The position numbers were made by a program, and so were the translations under genes. A stretch of 64,000 nucleotides of DNA from an uncultured virus (IMG/VR IMGVR_UViG_3300034073_003023) (Duplodnaviria; Heunggongvirae; Uroviricota; Caudoviricetes), in the IMG/VR virus record IMGVR_UViG_3300034073_003023. One strand, given 5' to 3'. The notes under the pieces were generated by a model that ran no database searches, was not told the DNA's origin, and was given only the letters and a program-made list of their open reading frames with translations. Shown here in pieces: positions 1-8,155 of the stretch (the stretch's first letter is position 1; each line of letters begins with the position of its first letter).

Positions 1-64
1 AATATCCACGACGGACACCTTCTTCAATTGCCTGTTCTAGGATTACACGAACTTTGGGTCTCAT
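1..64 (-). CDS. Hypothetical phage protein, 3' end outside window (MRPKVRVILEQAIEEGVRRGY...)
   Basis: ATG at 62-64 just downstream of a promoter; frame stays open to the window edge. Confidence 0.65.
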   Translation of the reverse strand, partial: MRPKVRVILEQAIEEGVRRGY

Positions 65-86
65 AGTTCTTTAAATTCATAAGGTC

Positions 87-145
87 ATTATAAAGCAAAA
101 ACTCCCCCTTGTGAAGGGAGAGTGTGCCGGTTCTTCAGGTGTCCT
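87..145 (-). promoter_or_regulatory. Early-type promoter copy 1: palindrome (124-145), hairpin, TTCACA-17bp-TATAAT
   Basis: Minus strand reads GGACACCTGAAGAACCGGCAC...TTCACA AGGGGGAGTTTTTGCTT TATAAT; same architecture recurs 5 more times. Confidence 0.75.
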
Positions 146-506
146 ATGGATTTCTAACTAAAACTCTATAATTTATGTTTTGAAAATAAGATATTTCTGA
201 ATTTTCAATTGGACAAAACAATGATGCCACTTCAGTCCAATTATAATTTCTATGCATATTCAAATGAAAGTTAAATCCTTTAAATCCCCAATCTTGTAGT
301 TCTAAAACTGCAATCAAGGGATGTCTATCATAAAGCAATTTTGGAGTCTTTGCATAATAAACGTAGGTGCAATAAGAACCCGGTCTTGGAATATATTTTG
401 CTTCTCCAAAAACATCAATAATGTTTTCCATTATTTTAGCAGGTCTACTTATTTTTTTAATTCTTTGTTTTAAAATATTAACTTTACTTGGTTTTACTGG
501 TGGCAT
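144..506 (-). CDS. DNA end protector (T4 gp2)-like protein
   Basis: YYAKTPKLLYDRHPL...GFKGFNFH resembles the gp2 core; late promoter ATAAATA at 531-537. Confidence 0.55.
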   Translation of the reverse strand: MPPVKPSKVNILKQRIKKISRPAKIMENIIDVFGEAKYIPRPGSYCTYVYYAKTPKLLYDRHPLIAVLELQDWGFKGFNFHLNMHRNYNWTEVASLFCPIENSEISYFQNINYRVLVRNP

Positions 507-529
507 TAAATGAATAAAATTAAGTAAAT

Positions 530-742
530 TTATTTATCCCAAGGAGCCTTGCGGGATAAAATTCTCCTTAAACTTTCTATTTGTTCTGGGTCTGGTGGTT
601 CATTGATTCGTCGCACAAGTTCATCATATGCCTCTTTGGAAACATACATCTTTTGCGGTTTCATTCCAAGATGTTTGATACACTTGCGTTCGTATTGATA
701 TTCTTTCCATCTATACCAGATGGACAATAGAAAGTTTTTCAT
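530..742 (-). CDS. Hypothetical protein (start revised to MKNFLLSIW)
   Basis: ATGA overlap with upstream 29-aa ORF at 739-742. Confidence 0.6.
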   Translation of the reverse strand: MKNFLLSIWYRWKEYQYERKCIKHLGMKPQKMYVSKEAYDELVRRINEPPDPEQIESLRRILSRKAPWDK

Positions 743-828
743 TCTTTTGGTGGGGTAAGTAAAATCCATAACCATACAAACATCGTTATGAGAACAATAA
801 GTTCTACAATCACTGGAGGTATATTCAT
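739..828 (-). CDS. 29-aa single-pass membrane peptide (MNIPPVIVELIVLITMFVWLWILLTPPKE)
   Basis: Read by hand; ATGA overlaps at both ends; hydrophobic core. Confidence 0.55.
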   Translation of the reverse strand: MNIPPVIVELIVLITMFVWLWILLTPPKE

Positions 829-995
829 TCGTCAAATCCTTCAAGATACATCTTTCTCCAACCGTAGCACATTTCTTCATAGAAAGCAAGTCGGTCTATT
901 TCAAGGAAATATTCATCAGTACTGAAATCCAGACGAAACATAATCGCAAAGTAGATGCTATAAAATCCGTATATAAAATCCTTGAGTTTTTCCAT
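825..995 (-). CDS. 56-aa hypothetical protein (MEKLKDFIYG...)
   Basis: Read by hand; TAATG coupling upstream, ATGA coupling downstream. Confidence 0.6.
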   Translation of the reverse strand: MEKLKDFIYGFYSIYFAIMFRLDFSTDEYFLEIDRLAFYEEMCYGWRKMYLEGFDE

Positions 996-1258
996 TATCT
1001 CTCTCTATAGTATGATAAGTTCATAGGGCACCGATAGTTTAGAAAATCTATATCCAAACTAATTGAAGAAATGTGAAAATTAAGTGAGAAAACACTACCA
1101 TTAAAGATACTAATACCAAATCTAATGTTCGGTTCCCAATCCCAGTATGAACTTGAATAAAATGTAGCTTCAAATAGGTTGAGTTTCCTGAATTGACCTA
1201 TGGTAAGGTATGCGTCTCTTCCATAGTCCCATTCTGTATAAAAATCAAAGAGTTTCAT
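995..1258 (-). CDS. Hypothetical protein (start revised to MKLFDF)
   Basis: ORF track; ATGA overlap at 1255-1258. Confidence 0.6.
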   Translation of the reverse strand: MKLFDFYTEWDYGRDAYLTIGQFRKLNLFEATFYSSSYWDWEPNIRFGISIFNGSVFSLNFHISSISLDIDFLNYRCPMNLSYYRER

Positions 1259-1500
1259 TTTTGAATTACCGAATGACGTTGTGAAGGACAATCAAGGAAG
1301 AACTTATATTCCGCATAACTCCCACCATTCCACTTTACAACATTACAATTTCCATATTTATCCACAACTTCAAACCTGTTCTCAAGTTCCTCTGGTTCAA
1401 CAGTAATCGCAGTATTGATGAGAGTTAATACTGTCGCACTTGTAAAACCAAGAACAAACCCAAGTAGAATAAACCGATAATAAGTGAGTTTCTGGTCCAT
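1255..1500 (-). CDS. Hypothetical membrane-anchored protein
   Basis: N-terminal hydrophobic helix; coupled to neighbours. Confidence 0.65.
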   Translation of the reverse strand: MDQKLTYYRFILLGFVLGFTSATVLTLINTAITVEPEELENRFEVVDKYGNCNVVKWNGGSYAEYKFFLDCPSQRHSVIQK

Positions 1501-1658
1501 TAGGTTGTTTTCTCCTTTCTTTGAGTGTTAATGTATTCCCCAAGTTTAGTCAAAATCTCCCTACAATTCGTTTGAATGTATTGGTCTTGGAGTTGGCTTT
1601 CCTTATATCTTAGCACAGATTGAAAGACAATCTCTGCTTCTTGTTTAGTGAAGTTCAT
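1500..1658 (-). CDS. 52-aa hypothetical protein (MNFTKQEAEI...)
   Basis: Read by hand; TAATG overlaps at both ends. Confidence 0.6.
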   Translation of the reverse strand: MNFTKQEAEIVFQSVLRYKESQLQDQYIQTNCREILTKLGEYINTQRKEKTT

Positions 1659-2446
1659 TAGATTTCAATTTCAAAGTTTGGGTCAAAGTTAGGGTTAATT
1701 TCAGTCGGATAATACCCTCTGGGATTACAAATCACTCGACACTCTCCTATCATATAATCAAAACTTTCGTGTGTATGACCGTGATGCCAGTATTTGATTT
1801 GAGGATGATTGAGGATAAAGTCATCAAGGTCACTTACATAAGCACCATTCGCAATACCACTTGTGCGATACTTTGGATGGACTGATTGATACGATGGTGC
1901 GTGATGTGTAAGAACCCAAACCTTATCGTTCTGGAATAACTCAAGGTTCTCTTGTAGATACTTCTTGGTATTCTGGTGAAAGGCATAAGTATCATCAGGG
2001 TTCATCTTGCGATACCTTGGAGTGATACGAATGGTCTTGTAATCATTCATACACTGTGCTGCCTCCATCATTTCCAGAGCATTTCCATTACGAAAGTCAG
2101 TCCAGAGTGTTCCCCCTATGAAAATCCAATCGTCAATTCTAACGAAATCGTTTTCAAATAGGTGAATACCTTTAGGCAGGTTCTCTTTAAGAACATCCCA
2201 AGTTCCTTCGTAATTATATCCGTATGCTTCGTGATTTCCCGTAACATACAATACTCGGTCGAAGTTGTCGGCACACTTCCTTAGAAAGTCCTGATAAACC
2301 TTGTTGAGAGGTCCGTTTTTCTTGAAGTGACGAGCACAGAGAATGTCTCCACCCAGAATGAGAACATCACCTTCTCCCAAGTCAGGAACTCCGTGCCCCT
2401 GTTCGCAACATTCAAGGTGTAGGTCTGATACTACTTTGACTTTCAT
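1658..2446 (-). CDS. Calcineurin-like metallophosphoesterase
   Basis: Motifs SDLH, GGDI, GNHE, THHAP, HGHTH. Confidence 0.9.
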   Translation of the reverse strand: MKVKVVSDLHLECCEQGHGVPDLGEGDVLILGGDILCARHFKKNGPLNKVYQDFLRKCADNFDRVLYVTGNHEAYGYNYEGTWDVLKENLPKGIHLFENDFVRIDDWIFIGGTLWTDFRNGNALEMMEAAQCMNDYKTIRITPRYRKMNPDDTYAFHQNTKKYLQENLELFQNDKVWVLTHHAPSYQSVHPKYRTSGIANGAYVSDLDDFILNHPQIKYWHHGHTHESFDYMIGECRVICNPRGYYPTEINPNFDPNFEIEI

Positions 2447-2483
2447 TATAAAATCCCATAGAGGGTTTGATATTCATAAGGTC

Positions 2484-2542
2484 ATTATACATCAAAAAAG
2501 GGCATCTGTGAAGTGCCCTTGTGACAGTTTAGAAATTGCCCT
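2484..2542 (-). promoter_or_regulatory. Early-type promoter copy 2, overlapping an intrinsic terminator of the upstream gene
   Basis: Palindrome 2521-2542; AAGGGCAC TTCACA GATGCCCTTTTTTGATG TATAAT; 17-bp spacer; -35 lies in the hairpin loop. Confidence 0.75.
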
Positions 2543-2981
2543 TTCCTTGACCCACATCAAACACAAATATACCACGATTTACCCACATATCAACCACCCT
2601 CTTGCGGTCATCAAATACCGCAAAGATCTTGTAGTCATTCTCAATCTCATCGGCAAGTTCCCCTTTTACAATGGCATCATCACGATGATCTTTATACTTT
2701 CGCATTAGAAGACCATTATAATCGTGCTCATAAATTCCGTGATTTTCAAACCACTGGATTGTCACATCACGATAATCATCAGAACGACCACTGACAAAGA
2801 AAATAGGAAACCGATCTTTAAGAGCATTGAATACTTCAAGAACAGGTTGATTAGGTGTATCGTTGATAATACCTGCGTTCCAAGCATCCCAGTTGCGGGG
2901 TTTGGTTGCTACATACTGCCGACGATGATAAACATTACATAAAGTTCCATCCAAATCAAAAACAACACAATTGGGTTTCAT
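2529..2981 (-). CDS. HAD-family polynucleotide 3'-phosphatase (PseT C-terminal domain-like)
   Basis: FDLDGTL, VSGR, MRKYKDHRDDAIVK, FDDR motifs. Confidence 0.85.
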   Translation of the reverse strand: MKPNCVVFDLDGTLCNVYHRRQYVATKPRNWDAWNAGIINDTPNQPVLEVFNALKDRFPIFFVSGRSDDYRDVTIQWFENHGIYEHDYNGLLMRKYKDHRDDAIVKGELADEIENDYKIFAVFDDRKRVVDMWVNRGIFVFDVGQGKGNF

Positions 2982-3205
2982 ACTTCCTCAAAATAATAAA
3001 AGGCATCATTAAAAACTTCTTCATCATCACCCAAACTCATCCAACCTGCTGCCATACTATCAGAGAATTGTTCCCAAGCATAAACAGCATCAGTGTGGGA
3101 AATTTCATAACCACGATCCGCAAAGATTTTTACAATGCGTTCAATGTCATTTTGATATTCAAAGTGATGATTGTAAGGTTGCTTGACTTTCAACTTTTTC
3201 AACAT
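2978..3205 (-). CDS. Hypothetical protein (start probably MLKKLKVK)
   Basis: ORF track; lies between kinase and phosphatase. Confidence 0.6.
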   Translation of the reverse strand: MLKKLKVKQPYNHHFEYQNDIERIVKIFADRGYEISHTDAVYAWEQFSDSMAAGWMSLGDDEEVFNDAFYYFEEV

Positions 3206-3656
3206 AATCAAAACCCTCATTAATAGTAGGAACTTCAAACTGATGCCACATTCTTTTTAGAACACTTTCGGGAATGAACTTACCTTCACGATGTTTGTTT
3301 CGTTCCAGTGCCTCTTCCAGTGATATCTCAAAGTATACAGCACCTCTGGCATAAAAGGAAGGGACTTTAGAAAGTTTTTTCTTTCGTGCCTTGACTGATA
3401 AGTTTGTCTGATCCCAGATGATGTTCTTACCTTTATCTTTTGCCATAATCAACTCAAGTTCAAGTTCCCGAGTAGCATCATCAATCACATCATCAAAGAT
3501 CTGATTATAAGTCACTCCCATCCTTTGTGCAATTTTTTCAATGTAATTGTCTGTAGAAAGGACTACTGCATCACTCCAATAGTCCAGTTTCTTAAGTTTT
3601 TCAATATAAGTGGTCTTTCCGGAAGTAGGAATACCACAGAGCATCAAAAGTTCCAT
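3159..3656 (-). CDS. P-loop polynucleotide 5'-kinase (AAA_33 / PseT N-terminal domain-like)
   Basis: Walker A GIPTSGKTT, LSTD, WDQTNL, ERNKHR lid. Confidence 0.85.
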   Translation of the reverse strand: MELLMLCGIPTSGKTTYIEKLKKLDYWSDAVVLSTDNYIEKIAQRMGVTYNQIFDDVIDDATRELELELIMAKDKGKNIIWDQTNLSVKARKKKLSKVPSFYARGAVYFEISLEEALERNKHREGKFIPESVLKRMWHQFEVPTINEGFDYVEKVESQATLQSSL

Positions 3657-4810
3657 TTTAGATTACCAAACAACCAACGATTTTGATCGATTTTAGTTTG
3701 AGAAGATAATGATTTACCAATCATATCAGTAATTACTTCATAAGCATTTTTGCCTGATCGCATACTATACATAATTGGCATTAGACGTGAATCTTCTAGT
3801 TTTTGGACAAACTCCACAGCAAAATCTTTTTTGTCTGGATATTTTTCATTTGCTGGGACAAACTGTATTGCTAGAGAAATAGCAACAGAATCAACATTAC
3901 TCCGGAAAGAATGCTGAAATTCTTTTAATCGTTCAGCATCTTGTGGAGTAAGTAGTGGAACTAAATCATCTACAGCATCATCAAGAATAACCTGAATGAC
4001 ATTCTTTTCCTGACTGATACTGTCTTTGGTCTTATGACGGAGAACATAATCATCTGCCTTGACCTTGACCATATGACCCGTATCAAAACGGAGAACTACA
4101 CCTTCCCCATCGTCCCATTCACGAACCTGTTTTACAAACAAGTTTATGTCTTGAACGGCAAGACCATCGACTGCTTTAACTACAGGAATGTTCCAAGTTT
4201 TGGCATAAATTGTCATAGTCTTATAATCAATATAATGACCTGTATCATTATACCGAATACCAGTTAAGATAAGATTATCTTCAGGATAATCAACTACAAT
4301 TCGATTTTTGCGAGAAACCCATTCAAAAATTGGAGTCATATTCATAAGAATACACTTACCAATAAGACGGGCATAATTTGGGTTATCAGCAATAAACACT
4401 TCTGCGTTCATTGCAACATCCGTAATACCTGCCTTTGTAGCAAGACGGAAACCTTCTTTGGTAGGAATCGGACGGATCATAGAACCATCCAGTTTCTCTA
4501 GAACTACGTGAGGTTCATAAAGATTGATCTTGTTCAGTTGAGTTTCTTCTTTTTCTCCAATATTGAAGAATTTTTGATAAGGACGGGAAATAAGTTTTCC
4601 TTGATTATCAAAGATCAATCCACGACATTCCCGACGAATCGAAGATGAATAAGGGTCTTCACAGTCCCATTCAAATGTGTCCTCAAGTGCTACAGCATAA
4701 TTAATAACTGTATACCACTCTTTTTCGATTACACGGATCTCATCATATCCATTGATAACATAAAGGACATCTTCAATGGTTTCAATTTTTGGAAACTGGT
4801 AGGTATTCAT
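3644..4810 (-). CDS. rnlA: T4 RnlA-type RNA ligase 1
   Basis: ECRGLIF, KFFN, EKLDGS adenylation motif, FEW, EGVV, KVK. Confidence 0.9.
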   Translation of the reverse strand: MNTYQFPKIETIEDVLYVINGYDEIRVIEKEWYTVINYAVALEDTFEWDCEDPYSSSIRRECRGLIFDNQGKLISRPYQKFFNIGEKEETQLNKINLYEPHVVLEKLDGSMIRPIPTKEGFRLATKAGITDVAMNAEVFIADNPNYARLIGKCILMNMTPIFEWVSRKNRIVVDYPEDNLILTGIRYNDTGHYIDYKTMTIYAKTWNIPVVKAVDGLAVQDINLFVKQVREWDDGEGVVLRFDTGHMVKVKADDYVLRHKTKDSISQEKNVIQVILDDAVDDLVPLLTPQDAERLKEFQHSFRSNVDSVAISLAIQFVPANEKYPDKKDFAVEFVQKLEDSRLMPIMYSMRSGKNAYEVITDMIGKSLSSQTKIDQNRWLFGNLKWNF

Positions 4811-4831
4811 CGGTCTTTGACTTATACTGTA

Positions 4832-4889
4832 ATTATAGCATAAAAAAGAGGGTAGTAAACCCTCCGTGTGTCAGTTTAAAAACTGGATT
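4832..4889 (-). promoter_or_regulatory. Early-type promoter copy 3 with terminator-like hairpin
   Basis: Palindrome GTGTCAGTTTAAAAACTGGATT 4868-4889; GAGGG/CCCTC stem plus U-tract; TATAAT 4832-4837. Confidence 0.7.
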
Positions 4890-5087
4890 TTATTTGGAAC
4901 TTACAAAATTATTAATTTTTTCGGCAAACTGTTCTACATCCTCATAAGAAGGAAATGGGGGCAAGTCCCACTTTTTTTCAGAAATTTCATTATGTGTTTC
5001 AACTAATTCACGGGAAGCAGCATACTTATCGACAGCAAAATTGTATGCTTGCTTAAAAATTTCAAACCGTAATTCGTAGGGTGTCAT
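4890..5087 (-). CDS. Small T4-like phage protein (MTPYELRFEIFKQA)
   Basis: Strong AAGGAGA RBS; CA-rich leader. Confidence 0.75.
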   Translation of the reverse strand: MTPYELRFEIFKQAYNFAVDKYAASRELVETHNEISEKKWDLPPFPSYEDVEQFAEKINNFVSSK

Positions 5088-5143
5088 AGTTTTCTCCTTG
5101 TGTGTTGTGTGTGAGTGTTAAACTCGTTATTATGTATAATATT

Positions 5144-5344
5144 TTATTCAATCTCTTTATGATAAGTCATAAACAAATATTCTTCTGGTTCTTCACCGTC
5201 CACAACAAATTCTTCAAAAATTGAGTGAGCATCATTAAATTGTTCAAGTTCAACAAGATATTCCATTCGATTGCAATAGAACTCTTCAATCTGATAGATG
5301 CTCCACTTTCGGTCAGTATCATTCATAAATTCAATCCCAATCAA
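5144..5344 (-). CDS. Hypothetical acidic protein
   Basis: ORF track; coupled to upstream gene. Confidence 0.6.
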   Translation of the reverse strand: MIGIEFMNDTDRKWSIYQIEEFYCNRMEYLVELEQFNDAHSIFEEFVVDGEEPEEYLFMTYHKEIE

Positions 5345-5583
5345 GTGGTAAAAGATTCGACTACAGAAGACTCGTAGTCATTATAACTCTCATCAAGTTT
5401 AAACCTTTGAGATTTTGTTACATATTCCATAATCCGATGATCGTGAGAATTTTCATATTCATCTCTCCAATCCATAAGAACTGAATGACAATCTTCATTG
5501 GATTCGGCAATGACATTTAGAATTCCACCATATTCAGATGAAGGAAATGGAACCCAATAATCAACGATGTAGAGATATTTCAT
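5341..5583 (-). CDS. Hypothetical cyanophage-type protein (YIVDYWVPFPSSEYGG)
   Basis: ORF track; RBS and sigma70 promoter upstream. Confidence 0.7.
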   Translation of the reverse strand: MKYLYIVDYWVPFPSSEYGGILNVIAESNEDCHSVLMDWRDEYENSHDHRIMEYVTKSQRFKLDESYNDYESSVVESFTT

Positions 5584-5606
5584 CTTTTGTTTTAAACTTC
5601 TCCTTA

Positions 5607-5635
5607 ATTTTAGAATGAAACTGAAAGATTGTCAA
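5607..5635 (-). promoter_or_regulatory. Sigma70-like promoter TTGACA-17bp-TAAAAT
   Basis: Direct match to consensus. Confidence 0.7.
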
Positions 5636-5641
5636 CCGAAA

Positions 5642-5800
5642 TTAACGGTTGCAATCAGGGTGAAATGTGTATTCGGAACAAACGGGATGAGAAGCAGAAT
5701 ATGCTTTGAAAAGTCTATCATCACGTTGAGTTAACCAAATATTATAACCAATAATAAACCCCAAACCAATAGCACCAAAAAGAAAATAACGTTTAGACAT
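5642..5800 (-). CDS. 52-aa membrane peptide (MSKRYFLFGAIGLGFIIG...)
   Basis: Read by hand; hydrophobic N-terminus. Confidence 0.55.
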   Translation of the reverse strand: MSKRYFLFGAIGLGFIIGYNIWLTQRDDRLFKAYSASHPVCSEYTFHPDCNR

Positions 5801-5954
5801 TATGTTCAATTAGAAAATACTCAATGCGTTTTTGAATGTCAACAAGTTCATCCCAGTAGGGATGCTTGTTTTCATACTTTTCTTTATCTTGTGTGATGTT
5901 GGACACTGCAGTAAGCAGTGCGATGTAATCGTGAGAATTGAATTGTAGGTTCAT
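5793..5954 (-). CDS. 53-aa hypothetical protein (MNLQFNSHDY...)
   Basis: Read by hand; fills gap in the operon. Confidence 0.5.
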   Translation of the reverse strand: MNLQFNSHDYIALLTAVSNITQDKEKYENKHPYWDELVDIQKRIEYFLIEHNV

Positions 5955-5955
5955 T

Positions 5956-6129
5956 TTAATTCACTTGAATACTTTCACGACAATAGACAAATCGATTCCA
6001 TTCTTCATCAGTAAAATTATCTGATGCGTATGGAATACCGACAACATAAGCACAGAAACGATTAACAGTTTCTGAATATTCTGCTGGTTGACTTTGTGAA
6101 ATCAAAGCAGAAGCAATAAGTTCAATCAT
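5956..6129 (-). CDS. Hypothetical protein (start revised to MIELIAS)
   Basis: Track start at 6153 abuts the -10 box, so it cannot be transcribed from that promoter. Confidence 0.6.
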   Translation of the reverse strand: MIELIASALISQSQPAEYSETVNRFCAYVVGIPYASDNFTDEEWNRFVYCRESIQVN

Positions 6130-6153
6130 TAGGTGAGGTTCCTTTACCTCCAT

Positions 6154-6212
6154 ATTATAAGGGGTTGCCTGCTTCCAAGCAACCCCCCTTGTGCCAGTTT
6201 GAGAAGTGGAAC
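6154..6212 (-). promoter_or_regulatory. Early-type promoter copy 4
   Basis: Palindrome GTGCCAGTTTGAGAAGTGGAAC 6191-6212; GGGGTTGC/GCAACCCC hairpin; TTGCTT-17bp-TATAAT. Confidence 0.75.
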
Positions 6213-6213
6213 A

Positions 6214-6690
6214 TCACTCAAACATATACTCTTTCCATTCTGGATTTTTTGTTCCATTTAGATAGAGCATTGCTTTATTGATGGGTGCTCTTGGTTTCTT
6301 AACCAGTCTCATATCAGTATTTTCAAGTAACTTATTACCTTTCTTGGTATTACAAGAAACGCAAGCAACTACAAGATTTTCCCAAGTATCACCCCCACCT
6401 TTTGATTTTGGAATGACGTGATCAATTGTAAGATTGCGGGTTACTCCACAATACTGACACTTATTCTCATCACGAGTATACACCATACTTCGTGATGGTT
6501 TCTCATTCATAATTTTGGATAAAGGAATACGAATGTAATTAAGCAATCTAATTACTCGTTTTGACAAAACCTGTGCCTTTTCTTTAAGTAGAAGAACTAC
6601 TGCTCTTTTCCAATTTGTAAAATGAATTGGTTCATATGAAGCATTAAGAACAAGAATTGTTTGATGAGGTTCTATTTTTAGATAGTCCAT
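6214..6690 (-). CDS. HNH endonuclease (McrA/HNH_5-like)
   Basis: VLNASYEP N-terminus; CQYCG, TIDHVIPKSKGG, WENLVVACVSCN. Confidence 0.9.
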   Translation of the reverse strand: MDYLKIEPHQTILVLNASYEPIHFTNWKRAVVLLLKEKAQVLSKRVIRLLNYIRIPLSKIMNEKPSRSMVYTRDENKCQYCGVTRNLTIDHVIPKSKGGGDTWENLVVACVSCNTKKGNKLLENTDMRLVKKPRAPINKAMLYLNGTKNPEWKEYMFE

Positions 6691-6712
6691 ACTTTTCTAT
6701 GATCCATAATAT

Positions 6713-6889
6713 CTATTCAAAGTCTCCATTGATCTGATGGGCAACTACTTCTTGAATTTTCTTTGATTTTCTTTCTAATTCTTCTAGATGAAGAATCAAA
6801 AGTGATAAATTGTCTTCCGTTTTTCCCATTAAAGCATCATAAATTCTTTCAAATGCTGCTGCCGTTTGTAGTGTTAAATCTTTTTCCAT
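6713..6889 (-). CDS. 58-aa hypothetical protein (MEKDLTLQTA...)
   Basis: Read by hand; TAATG coupling. Confidence 0.55.
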   Translation of the reverse strand: MEKDLTLQTAAAFERIYDALMGKTEDNLSLLILHLEELERKSKKIQEVVAHQINGDFE

Positions 6890-7398
6890 TAGTTTTGAGG
6901 TCGAACTTCTTCTACTTTTGGTTGGTTTCCATCCAGATTGTACTCTTTATTTAAGTCTTTATTCCAAGCAGTGCCTTGAATAAAGCCAAGTCCACCGAAG
7001 AATAGAGCAGCAGCAAGAGTAATCATTGCTTTTGTATGATGACTATCAGTTGTCTCTTCATCCGAAGAATCTGCATATTCACTCACACTTTGTCCCGTAA
7101 CTTTTTCCGCAACCCAAGTGGCAGCACCACCATAAACGGTCATTAGAACCCAAGGAGTAAAGTATAGAAGAAGGGCACCAGCACCAAGAAGACCTACAAG
7201 TGCCATTCCACCCCCAGGACTCGATACACCACCTCCAGAAGAACTGCTACTTACTTCACGGAGATTGATAATCTGCTGTGCTCCATAAATGTTTTCAAGT
7301 TGTTCTTTTGCACCGTTTCTTGTGCTTGCAGAAACTTCCATATCAACATAACCGGAAGCACTACCCATCCAACATTTTGCGGTCCAACGACGAGACAT
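6889..7398 (-). CDS. Membrane protein (start revised to MSRRWTAK)
   Basis: Hydrophobic helices; promoter copy 5 directly upstream of 7398. Confidence 0.7.
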   Translation of the reverse strand: MSRRWTAKCWMGSASGYVDMEVSASTRNGAKEQLENIYGAQQIINLREVSSSSSGGGVSSPGGGMALVGLLGAGALLLYFTPWVLMTVYGGAATWVAEKVTGQSVSEYADSSDEETTDSHHTKAMITLAAALFFGGLGFIQGTAWNKDLNKEYNLDGNQPKVEEVRPQN

Positions 7399-7420
7399 AG
7401 TGTAATTTGAAACTATAGTA

Positions 7421-7478
7421 ATTATACAACAAAGGGGTCGGTTTGACGACCCCTGGTGGACAGTTTGATTAGTGTCAC
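7421..7478 (-). promoter_or_regulatory. Early-type promoter copy 5
   Basis: Palindrome TGGACAGTTTGATTAGTGTCAC 7457-7478; AGGGGTCG/CGACCCCT hairpin; TATAAT 7421-7426. Confidence 0.7.
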
Positions 7479-7639
7479 CCCCCTCGTTCTTGAAGAGATC
7501 GAACCATAAGTTCAGTAAACTTCTCCATTTTTTCATAATGAACAGATGCTGGATCGGTATTAATTGCATTTTTAAGAGCAACTAATTCTTTCCACTCTTC
7601 AGGAGATAGATCTCCAGTTTTTTCTTTTATCAAGGACAT
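7475..7639 (-). CDS. 54-aa hypothetical protein (MSLIKEKTGDLSPEEWKEL...)
   Basis: Read by hand; stop codon overlaps the palindrome. Confidence 0.6.
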   Translation of the reverse strand: MSLIKEKTGDLSPEEWKELVALKNAINTDPASVHYEKMEKFTELMVRSLQERGG

Positions 7640-7710
7640 ATTAGGATTTAAGAATGATATATTATATATTTGAAATGTGTTGGTTTCCTGACATTTCTCT
7701 TAAAAAAACT

Positions 7711-7938
7711 TCAAAAATCCCGAAAGAATGCCCCAAAAGAACCAGAATCTCCAAAGTTTCTTTCTTCAAGTTTATCCATAAGGTTTTCAGTTTTTTCAAG
7801 AGTATCAATCGAATTAATAAGGTCAGCAATCTGTTTGCAGATGTATGCCTTCTCATTCACAGCAGCATTCTTAAGTGCATTGCGAAGATGACTTTGTGCT
7901 TCTAGAAGATTTTCTTTTACGTTTTTAGAAAGTGCCAT
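7711..7938 (-). CDS. Hypothetical protein (MALSKNVKENLLEAQSHLRNAL)
   Basis: ORF track; GAGGA RBS. Confidence 0.7.
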   Translation of the reverse strand: MALSKNVKENLLEAQSHLRNALKNAAVNEKAYICKQIADLINSIDTLEKTENLMDKLEERNFGDSGSFGAFFRDF

Positions 7939-7960
7939 TTAAATTTTCCTCAACATCAAA

Positions 7961-8155
7961 TTAATTTAGGTCAGATTGTGGTTCAATCAAAGTTCGGTAA
8001 TCCTCCTCTGGAAGCATACACATAGCACAAGAAGCAATCTGATAAATGTCTTCTTTTGTAAGACCTTCAAGAGTCATCAAACGATTATCATCAAAACAAA
8101 TTGAAAAACTATAACCCTCATCAGGGTGAAATGATCCACAAGTTTGTATTGTCAT
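7961..8155 (-). CDS. Hypothetical protein
   Basis: ORF track; ATGA coupling. Confidence 0.6.
   Translation of the reverse strand: MTIQTCGSFHPDEGYSFSICFDDNRLMTLEGLTKEDIYQIASCAMCMLPEEDYRTLIEPQSDLN

Noticed and set aside
743..889. N-terminal half of the 119-aa ORF
   Set aside because: Better explained by two coupled ORFs in other frames.
6214..6690. RNA-guided HNH system (IscB/HEARO-like)
   Set aside because: No RuvC motifs and no flanking non-coding space; neighbours are ORFs and a promoter.
7399..7581. N-terminal extension of the 230-aa ORF
   Set aside because: It crosses a promoter/hairpin element and overlaps a better ORF (7475-7639).
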